A DNA stretch of 64,000 nt from an uncultured Chloroflexia bacterium (GTDB lineage: Bacteria; Chloroflexota; Limnocylindria; Limnocylindrales; CSP1-4), in contig CAVYIM010000004.1 in NCBI GenBank assembly GCA_963768655.1, forward strand, positions 384,001 through 448,000, read 5' to 3'. The notes beneath the pieces are model-generated. The model worked only from the letters and a program-made list of their open reading frames with translations, was not told the origin of the DNA and ran no database searches. This document shows, in pieces, positions 43,159-53,699 of this stretch (position 1 is the first letter of the stretch; each line of letters opens with the position of its first letter). The position numbers and the translations under genes are program-made.

Positions 43159-43569
43159 CTACTTCCGAAGCGCGATCAGCGCCCGCAGGAACGGTTCGAC
43201 CGCCGCCAGGTCGTCCGAGTCGCCGACGTCGAACCCGAGCGCGAAGCCTTCTCCGAACTTCCGTGCCGATTCGAGCTGCTCATGCACGCCGTCGCCCACT
43301 GCCGGGTCGGCCAGCAACGCGTCTCGTTCGGTCTCGCGGATCGCCATGCTGACGGTGAACGAGCCCAACAACGGAGTCAGGTACCACAGCGCCTTCTGGC
43401 CGTCGTGGACCTTGAGCACCCAGCCGCTGCTGTTGCTGAAGCTCCAGTCGCGCTTGAACGAGCCGGCCATCTCCATGACCGAGCGCATCGGGGGCCAGGC
43501 GCTCGCGAGCCGGGCCTCCAGGGCTTCATCGGTGGGCGGATTGGTGCCGTCGGCGTACGTTCGAAGCAC
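43159..43569 (-). CDS. DUF3788-like protein
   Basis: WSFSNSSGWVLKV..KALWYLTP..SARKFGEG pattern. Confidence 0.65.
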   Translation of the reverse strand: MLRTYADGTNPPTDEALEARLASAWPPMRSVMEMAGSFKRDWSFSNSSGWVLKVHDGQKALWYLTPLLGSFTVSMAIRETERDALLADPAVGDGVHEQLESARKFGEGFALGFDVGDSDDLAAVEPFLRALIALRK

Positions 43570-43597
43570 CGCAGTCCTCCGCTGTATGTTGGTCCGC

Positions 43598-44284
43598 CTA
43601 GTAGCGCCGGCCCTTCTGCCGGGCGAAGTCGAACTTGGCCGTGTCGGCGATGCCCATGACCGCCATCGTGCCGGCCTGGACCGGGTCAGTGACCACCAGG
43701 TCCGCCACGTCCGTCACGGTGCCGACCATGTTCAGCGAAATGACCGGGATGCCGAGGGCCTGGATCTCCTGGACCGCTTTGGTGATGTCGCCGCCCATGA
43801 TCGAGCCGGCGAGCAGCAGCGCCCGCGCCCGGTCGAGGTCGGCTACTGCGCGGACGGCCGAGGCCAGGTTCTCCTCACCGACGAGCGGAATAGTGTCGAC
43901 GCTGATCTTCTCGCCGCGGAGGTTGTGGCGATCCGCCTCGCTGACCGCCCCGAGCACGGCCTGGGCGATCTGTGCCCCACCACCGATGACGATGAGCCGC
44001 TTGCCGAAGACCTTGTCCAGGGACTTGGTCTTGCGGCAGCCGCGCAGGTTCGGAACCTCGCCGAGGACCTCGGTGACGCGTTCGTCGGGCAGCCCTTCGA
44101 CCTCCAGCTCTATCTCGACCAGGGGTCCCGCCTCGGCGTCGGTCCAGCGGCGAACGGTGCTGAGAGTCCGGACGGTGCCGCCGGCCGCGGCCACGTGGCT
44201 GGCGATCTCCGCGATCGCGGCCGGGCGGTCGGCGTAGTCGAGGCGGACGGCGACGGTTGGGGCGGTGTGCTCCGGACGTGCCAC
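43598..44284 (-). CDS. ACT + DUF5612 domain protein (family known mainly from archaea)
   Basis: FGKRLIVIGGGAQIAQAVLGAVSEADRHNLRGEKISVDTIPLVGEE..LAGSIMGG..DPVQAGTMAVM. Confidence 0.8.
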   Translation of the reverse strand: MARPEHTAPTVAVRLDYADRPAAIAEIASHVAAAGGTVRTLSTVRRWTDAEAGPLVEIELEVEGLPDERVTEVLGEVPNLRGCRKTKSLDKVFGKRLIVIGGGAQIAQAVLGAVSEADRHNLRGEKISVDTIPLVGEENLASAVRAVADLDRARALLLAGSIMGGDITKAVQEIQALGIPVISLNMVGTVTDVADLVVTDPVQAGTMAVMGIADTAKFDFARQKGRRY

Positions 44285-44285
44285 G

Positions 44286-44567
44286 TCAGCGGCTCCCGCC
44301 CATGCCGCGATCGGTCAGGCCCGTCGCCCGCGACATGTCGTCGAGCGTCATTCCGGCCGAGTCGTCGTGCTCTTCGAAGGCGAGCTTCAACGACTCGAAT
44401 GCCTTGCGCGTCCCGGCCGCGTCGCTCGTGGTCAGCATGAGCGCGCCGTCGGTGTCCTCGGCGACCCCGACGATGGCGGTGATGTTGATGCCCTTGTCGC
44501 CGAGGGCCGCCGCCATCCGTGCCAGGGCCCCGGGCTTGTCGTCCAGCTGAACGGTGAACCAGATCAC
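44286..44567 (-). CDS. Stand-alone ACT domain protein
   Basis: GGAGG RBS; FTVQLDDKPGALARMAAALGDKGINI. Confidence 0.85.
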   Translation of the reverse strand: MIWFTVQLDDKPGALARMAAALGDKGINITAIVGVAEDTDGALMLTTSDAAGTRKAFESLKLAFEEHDDSAGMTLDDMSRATGLTDRGMGGSR

Positions 44568-44720
44568 ACCGCACCTCCTGCGTGGATGGTAGCGGCCGCG
44601 CGGCACGAAGGGGAGGGGACTGGACGAGGGTGGGGCATTAGGATGATCCGTGGTGGGCCTCGAACCGGCGATCGCCTCGCGAACCCTCGGCGTCGGAGGC
44701 GATTGAATGGAGGAATCGGC

Positions 44721-45353
44721 ATGCGGCTCCTGGAGACGCACTTTGGCATTCCATTGGGCGGTCCCAGCCGTCGGCCATTCGAGGCAGCCCCCGACGGACA
44801 AGCGACGATCGCGATCAGCTCCGAGGGACAAGTCCTCGCGACCTTCCCAGCGCCCACAGCGTCGACGCGTTGGACGGAATCGGGGCCGATGATGGTCGAG
44901 GGGCGGAGAATCATCTTTGGGGCCAGGTACATCAGCGGAATAACCTCGGCGGTCGAGTTGGAGTGGTTCCTCGACGGTTTGAGCTGGAACAAACGCCCGA
45001 TCGAGGAGTTCCGAGCGGCGGCCAAGGTGAAAGGGGCGGGGAGCCTCGCCTTCGCAGAGCTGTTCGTGTCGTGGGCGCCGTGGATGGGGCTGATCGGGGT
45101 GGCGCGAGGAATCGGCCCGGCCATCAGCGAGCGCAGTGCCCCGGCCATCGGCGTCGGTCTGGCTGTCTACTTCGTGGCCGCCCTAGTCGCGGCCAACATT
45201 GGCGGCCGGGCCCTGGCAAGAGCGAAGAAGTCACAGCAGCTCGTGGGTCTCAAGGCTGGCCTGATCGCCTTGGGAGTGTTCGTCTTCTGCGGAGCCGTGG
45301 TGCTGGGGGTCTTTCTTGGGCCGTTGCGGCCTTGGCTCCTCGTCTCCAAGTAG
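44721..45353 (+). CDS. Hypothetical membrane protein
   Basis: GGAGG RBS; three C-terminal hydrophobic helices. Confidence 0.6.
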   Translation: MRLLETHFGIPLGGPSRRPFEAAPDGQATIAISSEGQVLATFPAPTASTRWTESGPMMVEGRRIIFGARYISGITSAVELEWFLDGLSWNKRPIEEFRAAAKVKGAGSLAFAELFVSWAPWMGLIGVARGIGPAISERSAPAIGVGLAVYFVAALVAANIGGRALARAKKSQQLVGLKAGLIALGVFVFCGAVVLGVFLGPLRPWLLVSK

Positions 45354-45509
45354 CGCCTACGTCGCGGCGTGGATTCGGTTCGATCTGGTTGACCGGGCGA
45401 CGCACGTCGGGTCGCCGATCCTGCGACTATCATTCGCCGCGTCCGGCGAGGTTGGTGCGCCGATCCTCGCGCTCGCAATGCAGCGGCCCAACCCGTTACG
45501 CTTCTCGCC

Positions 45510-45884
45510 ATGCCCGCTCCAGCCGGTCCCACCGTCCAGATGTTTGGGCTCGTCAATTCGCGCCCGACCCAGGCCGCGCTGCGGTTCTTCAAGGAGCGCC
45601 GTGTCAACGTCGGGTTCGTGGACCTGCGCCGCAAGCCGATCGCGCCCGGGGAGTTGCGCCATTTCGTGGAGCGGCTCGGCGCCGCCGCGCTGCTGGACGC
45701 CGAGGGGCGCCAGTACAGGGAACTGGGTCTCGCCTACATGAGCCTGGGCGACGACGAGGTCGTGGAGCGGCTGCTCGCCAACAATGGGCTGCTGCGGCTG
45801 CCCCTCGTCCGCTTCGGCAACGCGTTCACCGTCGGCCCGGCCGACGCCACGTGGAAGGCCTGGCTGGCGGGCACGGCGAAGTAG
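45510..45884 (+). CDS. ArsC/Spx/YffB-family protein lacking cysteines
   Basis: ALRFFKERR, VDLRRKPIAPGEL, LLRLPLVR. Confidence 0.8.
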   Translation: MPAPAGPTVQMFGLVNSRPTQAALRFFKERRVNVGFVDLRRKPIAPGELRHFVERLGAAALLDAEGRQYRELGLAYMSLGDDEVVERLLANNGLLRLPLVRFGNAFTVGPADATWKAWLAGTAK

Positions 45885-45964
45885 CCCGAGGCGCGCGGCG
45901 ACCCGCCGGGTGGAACGGGTCGCGCTTTCAGGGTTCCGCTAGGAATCGGCCATAAGGTAAGGGC

Positions 45965-46444
45965 ATGGCCGAAACATCAAAGGATGCCGTAACGTTCGAC
46001 GACGTCGCGGCCCACGCTCAGGCGCTCGGCCGGCTGATGCCGAGCGGGCCGCCAGGATGGGCTTCCCACGACCTGACGTTCGGTCAGCTGCGGCTCCTCT
46101 TCGTGCTCCGCCAATCGGGTTCCGTCTCTATCGGGCAGCTGGCCGACAGGTTGGGCGTCACGGACGCCACGGCCTCCGAGTTCGTCGATCGAGTCGAGCG
46201 CCGCGGGCTGGCGACGCGGATCCACCGCGCCGACGACCGGCGCGTCGTCGACTGCCGGCTCAGCGACGACGGCGCTCGCTTGCTGGCGGAGATCCAGGGC
46301 GCCCGGCAGGACGCGATGCGACGGGTGCTTGCCCTGCTGGCCCCGGACGAGCTGGCGCAGTTCGATCACCTTCTCCAGATCATGGCCGAGCGTTTGTCGG
46401 CCTCAGCCCCAACTTCGGCTTCGACAGAAGGAGCGACCAGGTGA
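45965..46444 (+). CDS. MarR-family regulator
   Basis: LTFGQLRLL..GQLADRLGV..VDRVERRGL..DDRRVV..LSDDG. Confidence 0.92.
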   Translation: MAETSKDAVTFDDVAAHAQALGRLMPSGPPGWASHDLTFGQLRLLFVLRQSGSVSIGQLADRLGVTDATASEFVDRVERRGLATRIHRADDRRVVDCRLSDDGARLLAEIQGARQDAMRRVLALLAPDELAQFDHLLQIMAERLSASAPTSASTEGATR

Positions 46445-46496
46445 ATCTCGGAACGCCACCCACGTGTCCGGCGGGAGATGCCGGCGGAGGATGGGC

Positions 46497-47584
<1,088 letters not shown>

Positions 47585-47588
<4 letters not shown>

Positions 47589-48394
47589 GGCTCTTCTTCT
47601 CCGGACTGAGAAAGCTCGTCAGGCGACCGGCAACCTGGGTCACCGTCGGCCTGCTGATCGGCCTCCTGGCGCTGATCATCATTGCCGTCGGGGCGGGGGC
47701 AGGTGGGCGCGGGGCCCGCGCCAGCGGTGCCGACCCCAAGCTCCTGGTCACATTCCCGGGCGCGTACGACAGGATTCTGCAGTTCATCACGGGTCTCGGC
47801 GGTCTCTTCGCGGTGATCTACGGCGCCGCGATCGCGGGCTCCGAGTGGGGTTGGGGGACCTTCAAGGCCGCCGTGGCGCGGGGCGAGAGCCGGGTCCAGT
47901 ACATGCTTGCGTCGTACGCCTCCATCGCGGTCATGATCGCTTTCGGGATCCTGATTACCTTCGCCGTCGGCGTGATCGCGGCGATCATCGGGGCGAACCT
48001 GGCGAACGTTTCGACCAGCGGCCTGGGGGATTCCGCGACGCTGAGCGATCTGCCGGAGCGGCTTCTCAGGGGCTGGCTCGCGGTCGTGGAAGAAGGAGCC
48101 CTGGGCTTCACGATCGCCACTCTGGCCCGCAGCCAGCTGGCCGGCATCGGGGCCGGCATCGCCTTCTACTTCGGCGAGGGCTTCGCCAGCATCTTCCTGC
48201 CCGACATCGTCAAGTACCTGCCGTTCAGCGTCGCCAACGCGTCGTTGGTCACGGGCACGAGCACCGCGGGTGTGTTCGGCGGCGGCGCGAGCGCTCTTCC
48301 GGCCGACCAGGCGCAGGTGCTGGTGGTCGTCTGGCTGGTCGGGGCCCTGGTAGTGGCCGCGCTCTTCTCAGACCGCGCTGAGATAGCCGGCTAG
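47585..48394 (+). CDS. ABC-2 type permease
   Basis: About six TM helices; GSEWGWGTFK motif. Confidence 0.88.
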
Positions 48395-48576
48395 AGGCTC
48401 GTTCGGGTTGCCTCGCGAAGTCGTTGGCCGCCGCGGCGCGATCGCCGAAGGTGGGGCTTCTGGGCCACCCGTTCCGGCGGCTGATCCTGCGGTTCGATCA
48501 GCCGATCCCTAGGGAGTCGACCGCACGGTCGTGCCACCGGCGTGGCATCCTCTGCGAGTACGATCAGGAGTGATAG

Positions 48577-49560
48577 ATGCCTCATTCGCAGAACAAGAGG
48601 GAAAAGGGCGGCAGCCGGCCGACCGGGAAGGGACGACCCCAGCCCTCGAGACCAGCACCTTCGCAGTCCCAGGCGCCCGCGGGCCCCGCCGCCCCGCATT
48701 CCGCGCCGGAAGCCGTCCCCGTCGCGAACCACAATGGCGCTCACAACGGCAATGGCAACGGCAACCACGAGCGCCGTCGCAGTGGCCGCGTGACCTACCG
48801 GCCCAAGGCGACCGAGATGCTTACCGTTCACGCCCGAACGGAGGACGAGCGGCTTCTATCGCCACGGGAGCGGCCGGCCTTCCTTGACTCCGACCCATGG
48901 CGCTCGTTGCGGATCATGTCCGAGTTCGTGGAAGGGTTCGATGCCCTGGCGGCCGTCGGCAAGGCGATCACCATCTTCGGCTCGGCCCGGACCAAGGAGG
49001 GTGACCCCTACTACGCCAAGGCGCGCGAGCTGGCGGCCAACCTCGCCCGCGCGGGCTTCGCCGTCATCACCGGCGGCGGGCCGGGCATCATGGAGGCCGC
49101 CAACCGCGGCTGCCACGAGGCCGGCGGGCTCTCGATCGGCTGCAACATCGAACTGCCGCACGAGCAGGCGGTCAACCCGTACGTCGATCTGGGCGTCGAG
49201 TTCCGATACTTCTTCGCGCGCAAGGTGATGTTCGTCAAGTACGCCGACGGCTTCGCCATCTTCCCCGGCGGCTTCGGCACGCTCGACGAGCTGTTCGAGT
49301 CGCTGACGCTCATCCAGACGGGCAAGATCCGCCACTTCCCGGTGGTTCTGATCGGCACGGCGTACTGGGCCGGCCTGCTCGACTGGCTGCGCCGCGATCC
49401 GACCGCGCACGGAAACATCGCGCCCGAGGACCCCGATCTCCTGGTTTGCACCGACGACATGGACGAGGCCTGCCGGCTGCTGACGGCAGGTTTCACGCGT
49501 CGGGCCGCGGAGGCGGCGAAGGCAGACAAGGCGGCCGGACGGACGGTGGGCTCGAAGTAG
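48577..49560 (+). CDS. LOG-family (TIGR00730) nucleotide phosphoribohydrolase with disordered N-terminus
   Basis: IFGSAR, TGGGPGIMEAAN, YFFARKVMF, PGGFGTLDE. Confidence 0.93.
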   Translation: MPHSQNKREKGGSRPTGKGRPQPSRPAPSQSQAPAGPAAPHSAPEAVPVANHNGAHNGNGNGNHERRRSGRVTYRPKATEMLTVHARTEDERLLSPRERPAFLDSDPWRSLRIMSEFVEGFDALAAVGKAITIFGSARTKEGDPYYAKARELAANLARAGFAVITGGGPGIMEAANRGCHEAGGLSIGCNIELPHEQAVNPYVDLGVEFRYFFARKVMFVKYADGFAIFPGGFGTLDELFESLTLIQTGKIRHFPVVLIGTAYWAGLLDWLRRDPTAHGNIAPEDPDLLVCTDDMDEACRLLTAGFTRRAAEAAKADKAAGRTVGSK

Positions 49561-49664
49561 ACGCCGACCCAGCAGGCCGACGGCTTGTCGAGAGGGTCCA
49601 ACCCTGGACGACGCGGGATCGAGAGGCTAAGGTCACGCGTGTTAGCTCGCGCTGGGGGATCGAG

Positions 49665-50021
49665 ATGTTCCTGGTCTTTGTCCTTGCGTTGTTCCTGCTC
49701 CTGCCGGCGATCATCTGCGCCGGGCTGGCGCCCGACCGTGGTCGCAGCGGGGGCTTGTGGTTCGTGCTCGGGCTGATCTTCGGCTGGGTGGCGCTGCTGG
49801 TTCTGGCCGTGGTGCCGGCCGAGACGTCGTCCGCCGAGACCTACCGTCCCCAGCGCCACTATCGCCGGCCACTCACGGCCGAGCAGCTGGTCGTCTGCCC
49901 GTCGTGCCGTTCGACCGTTAGTCCGGGCGGGTCCTGCGCGGCGTGCGGAGAGCCGTTGCCGGAGCCACTACGACGGCCGAGCCGGGAACCGGTGGTCGAC
50001 CCGAGCTGGCGCGGAGACTGA
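49665..50021 (+). CDS. Small membrane protein with zinc ribbon
   Basis: Two TM helices (GRSGGLWFVLGLIFGWVALLV) and CPSC..CAACG. Confidence 0.7.
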   Translation: MFLVFVLALFLLLPAIICAGLAPDRGRSGGLWFVLGLIFGWVALLVLAVVPAETSSAETYRPQRHYRRPLTAEQLVVCPSCRSTVSPGGSCAACGEPLPEPLRRPSREPVVDPSWRGD

Positions 50022-50054
50022 CCGACTGGCTCCACCGCAGACGAAACCACCGCG

Positions 50055-51128
50055 TCACTCCGGCAGGATCGGAATCTGGGCCTCGAGGCGGCCGTCGCGG
50101 ATGCGGGCGGGGTAGTAGCGCAGACGATTGACTCGGGTGAGACGTCGAGCCTCGAGCTTCTTGGACGGCGGCTCGAGTTTGAGCTCCGCACCGGATGGCG
50201 ACCACGGGGAGTGGTAGTTGCCATCCGCGTCGAGCCCGCCGGTCGTCGGCATCCGGACCGTCTCGCCGGTGGCCAGGTCGAACCTTCCCTCGTGCAGTGG
50301 ACACGCCACGACGCAGCCATTCAGGCTCCCGATCGAAAGTGGCGCCGCCATGTGCGGGCAGCGGTCGTCGGTGACGACGATGCCGGCCGGGGTCCACGCC
50401 ACCAGCAGATCCAGGTCCGCCAGCGTGACCCGCCGCATCGAACCGGGCCTCAGCTCGGCAATCGTGGCGACCTCCACGAACGGCGCCGCCCGCGTGCCGG
50501 GGGCGCGCAACTCGCGCGGCACGGCGGCGAGGGCCACGTCCGCCGGAGTGGCGTCGGCCGCGAGCGCTTCCGCCAGATCCTCGGGCGTCATCGAGTACAT
50601 GACGGCGTCTGCCGGTTGGCCGTCTCGACCCGACGTCCAGTTGCGGGCCAGTCCCTCGAAGCGGAACCCGGCGTTCTCGGCGACTGCCTGGGAGGCCACG
50701 TTGCCGGGCAGCGTCCACAGGGCCAGACGCTCTATGTAGATGTGCTCGAAACCCCACTTCGTCACCAGCCGCAGGGCTCGGGATGCGACTCCTCGCCGCC
50801 GGGCCTCCGGGGCGACCAGGTAGCCGATCGCATGCAGGCGCGGGTTCGGTCCCAGGTGGAGCCCGATCGAGCCGATGAACCTGTCGGTGGCGGCGTCCAC
50901 GATCGCGAACTCGTAGCCCGTTCCGTCATGCCAGGCCTGGAGAGTCATCAGGATGAAGCGCCGGGCATCGGCCTCGGTGTAGGGCACCGGGATGATCGGG
51001 ATCCAGCGCTGAATCTCAGGGTCCTGGCAGGCGATCGTGACAGCCGGCGCGTCGCCGGCCCGGTACGGTCGGAGGACGACGATGCCGTCACTGAGCGGCG
51101 GGTTGGGCGGAGTGAGCTTCTCGGACAT
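50055..51128 (-). CDS. RimJ/RimL-type GNAT acetyltransferase fused to a Rieske [2Fe-2S] domain
   Basis: IGYLVAPEARRRGVA..NVASQAVAENAGFRFEG; then DDRCPHMAAPL..VACPLHEGRFDLATG. Confidence 0.85.
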   Translation of the reverse strand: MSEKLTPPNPPLSDGIVVLRPYRAGDAPAVTIACQDPEIQRWIPIIPVPYTEADARRFILMTLQAWHDGTGYEFAIVDAATDRFIGSIGLHLGPNPRLHAIGYLVAPEARRRGVASRALRLVTKWGFEHIYIERLALWTLPGNVASQAVAENAGFRFEGLARNWTSGRDGQPADAVMYSMTPEDLAEALAADATPADVALAAVPRELRAPGTRAAPFVEVATIAELRPGSMRRVTLADLDLLVAWTPAGIVVTDDRCPHMAAPLSIGSLNGCVVACPLHEGRFDLATGETVRMPTTGGLDADGNYHSPWSPSGAELKLEPPSKKLEARRLTRVNRLRYYPARIRDGRLEAQIPILPE

Positions 51129-51187
51129 GGGCAAAGTATGCCGCGTCTGGTGGTGGGGGCTGGCTCACGCCACGGCCGTGACCATGC

Positions 51188-51297
51188 CGGAATAGGAAGG
51201 CGGGCCGGTGAGGGGGAGCCGGCCCGCCTGGGGGAATGCACAGCATTCGCCTTACGCCGATGCCCGATAGGGGTCCGCCCCCATACGGACCCGGGCA
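51188..51297 (-). ncRNA. Candidate small structured RNA or attenuator
   Basis: Minus-strand TAGACT -10, stems GGGTCCG/CGGACCC and GAATGC/GCATTC, 11-bp hairpin followed by TTCCTATTCC. Confidence 0.35.
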
Positions 51298-51414
51298 GTC
51301 TAGCCCTAAGCGCGACTTTCTGCATCGCCTTTGCGGCATCGCCGAGTCGGATGCATGATCCTCCACGGGCGGCCCCGGTCGCCCAGCCGAGGTATTGCCA
51401 CGCTGGAGGATGCA

Positions 51415-52368
51415 ATGCGCATCGCGCTAATGCTCGAGCCGCAGCAGGGCCTGACCTACCTGGAGCAGCTGGAGATCGCCAGGCTGGCCGAGAGGCTCGG
51501 CTTCGAGGCGCTGTTTCGCTCGGACCACTACCGCAGCTTCCCCGGCCCGGCGAATCGACCGACGACCGACGCGTGGGCGGTTCTGGCGGGCATCGCCCGC
51601 GAGACCACGACCATTCGTCTGGGCACGCTGGTCTCACCGGTAACCTTCCGCCATCCCGGGTCGTTCGCCAAGGTGGTGACCACGGTCGACGAGATGAGCG
51701 GCGGTCGCGTCGAAGTGGGCGTGGGGGCCGGTTGGAACGACCCCGAGCACAGCGAGCTGGGCCTGCCGTTTCCCGAGGTTGCCAGGCGTGTCGACCTGAT
51801 GGAGGACGAGCTGGCGATCCTGCACGGCCTGTGGGAGGAGCCGGACGGCTGGTCGTTCGAGGGCAGGCAGGTTTCGATAGTGGGCGCCGGCTTCCATCCC
51901 AAGCCGGTTCAAAGGCCACACCCGCCGATCATCGTCGGCGGCGAAGGCCGACCCCGATCGCTCCGTCTCGCCGCTCACTACGCCGACGAGTACAACATGT
52001 CGGGCGCCGACCCGGCCGAGTGCAGCGAGAAGTTCGCCCTGCTGGACGAGGAATGCCGGAAGATCGGCCGAGATCCGGCGACCATGCGCCGGTCCGTGAT
52101 GGCCGGCTTCCTCCTCGGTGCCGACCAGGTCGAGTTCGAGCGGCGCGTCCACGACCTGCTGGCCATGGTCGGGAGCTCGGGAGCCGACGCCTCGGCCATG
52201 CTGGAAGAGCACCGGTCGCGCTGGATCGTCGGGACGCCCGACCAGGCCCGGGCCATGGTCGCTCGTTTCGCCGCCGCGGGCGCGGAACGGATCATGCTCC
52301 AGGACATGCTGCCACGCGACCACGGCATGATCGAGCTGGCCGCCCGCGAACTGATCGGCAAAGTCTGA
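51415..52368 (+). CDS. LLM-class F420-dependent oxidoreductase (TIGR03560-like)
   Basis: EPQQG, FRSDHY, TDAW..LAGIARET..LGTLVSPVTFRHPG, DEMSGGRVEVGVGAGW, PKPVQRPHPPIIVGG. Confidence 0.92.
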   Translation: MRIALMLEPQQGLTYLEQLEIARLAERLGFEALFRSDHYRSFPGPANRPTTDAWAVLAGIARETTTIRLGTLVSPVTFRHPGSFAKVVTTVDEMSGGRVEVGVGAGWNDPEHSELGLPFPEVARRVDLMEDELAILHGLWEEPDGWSFEGRQVSIVGAGFHPKPVQRPHPPIIVGGEGRPRSLRLAAHYADEYNMSGADPAECSEKFALLDEECRKIGRDPATMRRSVMAGFLLGADQVEFERRVHDLLAMVGSSGADASAMLEEHRSRWIVGTPDQARAMVARFAAAGAERIMLQDMLPRDHGMIELAARELIGKV

Positions 52369-52435
52369 GGTCACGGCGTGGGGCGGGCCGGCTGCCGCGG
52401 GGACGGCCGGCCGCGTGGTCGGCCGACAGCCAGAG

Positions 52436-52885
52436 CTACTTCCGGAGCTTGCCCTTCGAGGCGATGCTGGCGCGCGCCCTGGCACTGCTGGCCCGGCGCC
52501 GCGGGATGAGCCCGATCCGGCGCGGCGGCCAGTAGCGGAACCACGCCCGCCCCACCAGCGCCTCGAGCGGGACCGCCCCGTAGTGCCTCGAGTCGACGGA
52601 ATGGCCGCCGCCGTCGCCGAGCAGCCACGCCTCGTCGGCGAGCTTGACGTACTCGGCTCCAGCCAGCACCACGTCGCCGGGACCGGCGGCCAACCGCTTG
52701 ATGGCGAGCTGCCCCGTCCCCGGCTGGCGCACCACGACGACGCTTCCGCGCCGGGGCCATCGGCGGGGCACAGGATCCAGGAACAGCCAATCGCCCGGCT
52801 GGAGGGCCGGCGTCATGCTCTCCTCGGCCACGGCCACGCGCCACGGCCCGCGCCGGAGCCGGCGCCACGTGTCGGCGATGCTCAT
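52436..52885 (-). CDS. sodX: Nickel-SOD maturation protease (S26-like)
   Basis: SMTPALQPGD, AIKR, WLLGD..SVDSRHYGAV; directly downstream of sodN. Confidence 0.85.
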   Translation of the reverse strand: MSIADTWRRLRRGPWRVAVAEESMTPALQPGDWLFLDPVPRRWPRRGSVVVVRQPGTGQLAIKRLAAGPGDVVLAGAEYVKLADEAWLLGDGGGHSVDSRHYGAVPLEALVGRAWFRYWPPRRIGLIPRRRASSARARASIASKGKLRK

Positions 52886-52925
52886 TGGCGGCTCCCCCCG
52901 GACGGTGCGGCTGCGGCTCGATCGG

Positions 52926-53345
52926 CTACTTCTTGGTCGACCAGAAGATGTCCGCGAACTCCTTGACCGCGGCTTCGAGATCGGCGGCGGCCCCGGCGTC
53001 GATGTTCTGCTTGTTCTTGCTGGCGAGCTTGAGGATCTTCCAGGTTCGATCGTGAATGTCCGGGTATCGCTCCAGGTGCTCGGGCTTGAAATAGTCGCTC
53101 CAGATGACCTGGATCTCGTGCTTGACGATCTCGGCGTGCTGCTCCTTGATGGCGACGCAGCGGACGAACTTCTGGCGATCTGCCTCGGTCAGGTTCTCCT
53201 TGGGGAGCTGGCCGATGAGCTCGACCATGCGGGCCACGGTTCGGGCGGCCAGCTCGGCCTGGTGCGGGTCGTAGATGCCGCACGGCACGTCGCAGTGGGC
53301 GTAGACAGTGGTGGTGGGCTTCAGCCAGCGAGTGACAAGGGACAT
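52926..53345 (-). CDS. sodN: Nickel superoxide dismutase
   Basis: Ni-hook HCDVPCGIYDP after pro-peptide; KEQHAE..IWSDYFK. Confidence 0.96.
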   Translation of the reverse strand: MSLVTRWLKPTTTVYAHCDVPCGIYDPHQAELAARTVARMVELIGQLPKENLTEADRQKFVRCVAIKEQHAEIVKHEIQVIWSDYFKPEHLERYPDIHDRTWKILKLASKNKQNIDAGAAADLEAAVKEFADIFWSTKK

Positions 53346-53699
53346 CGGGTCTCCTCCCAGCATGGGACGACGGGCGAGGCGGGGACTAGCAGGCAGCTTC
53401 GCTGGGCCTCGGCCGTGTGCAAGTGTTGAGGGCTCGGCGCGCCGTGTCAATCGGGGCGCCGTTCAGACCCGGACGCCGCGCCAGGGTCGACGGATCCGGC
53501 CGATCTGGGCCGCCCGGGCAGGCCGGACCCGCGCCGCGAACCTCGGGCCCGGCTCCACGAAAAACCCACATTCGCTGCATAAGCTTTTCAGCCTGACTAC
53601 AGATTTCTAACCCAGCATCTGTGTCGATCCGGCCGGGCAGGCGTGTGGCCGGGCACGGAGATCACCGAGCTGCAGAAGCCAGGGAGCAACCTCTACTCG

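Noticed and set aside
48478-48504. 9-bp hairpin after the ABC permease as a terminator
   Set aside because: No U-tract and 84 nt from the stop; plausible but unsupported.
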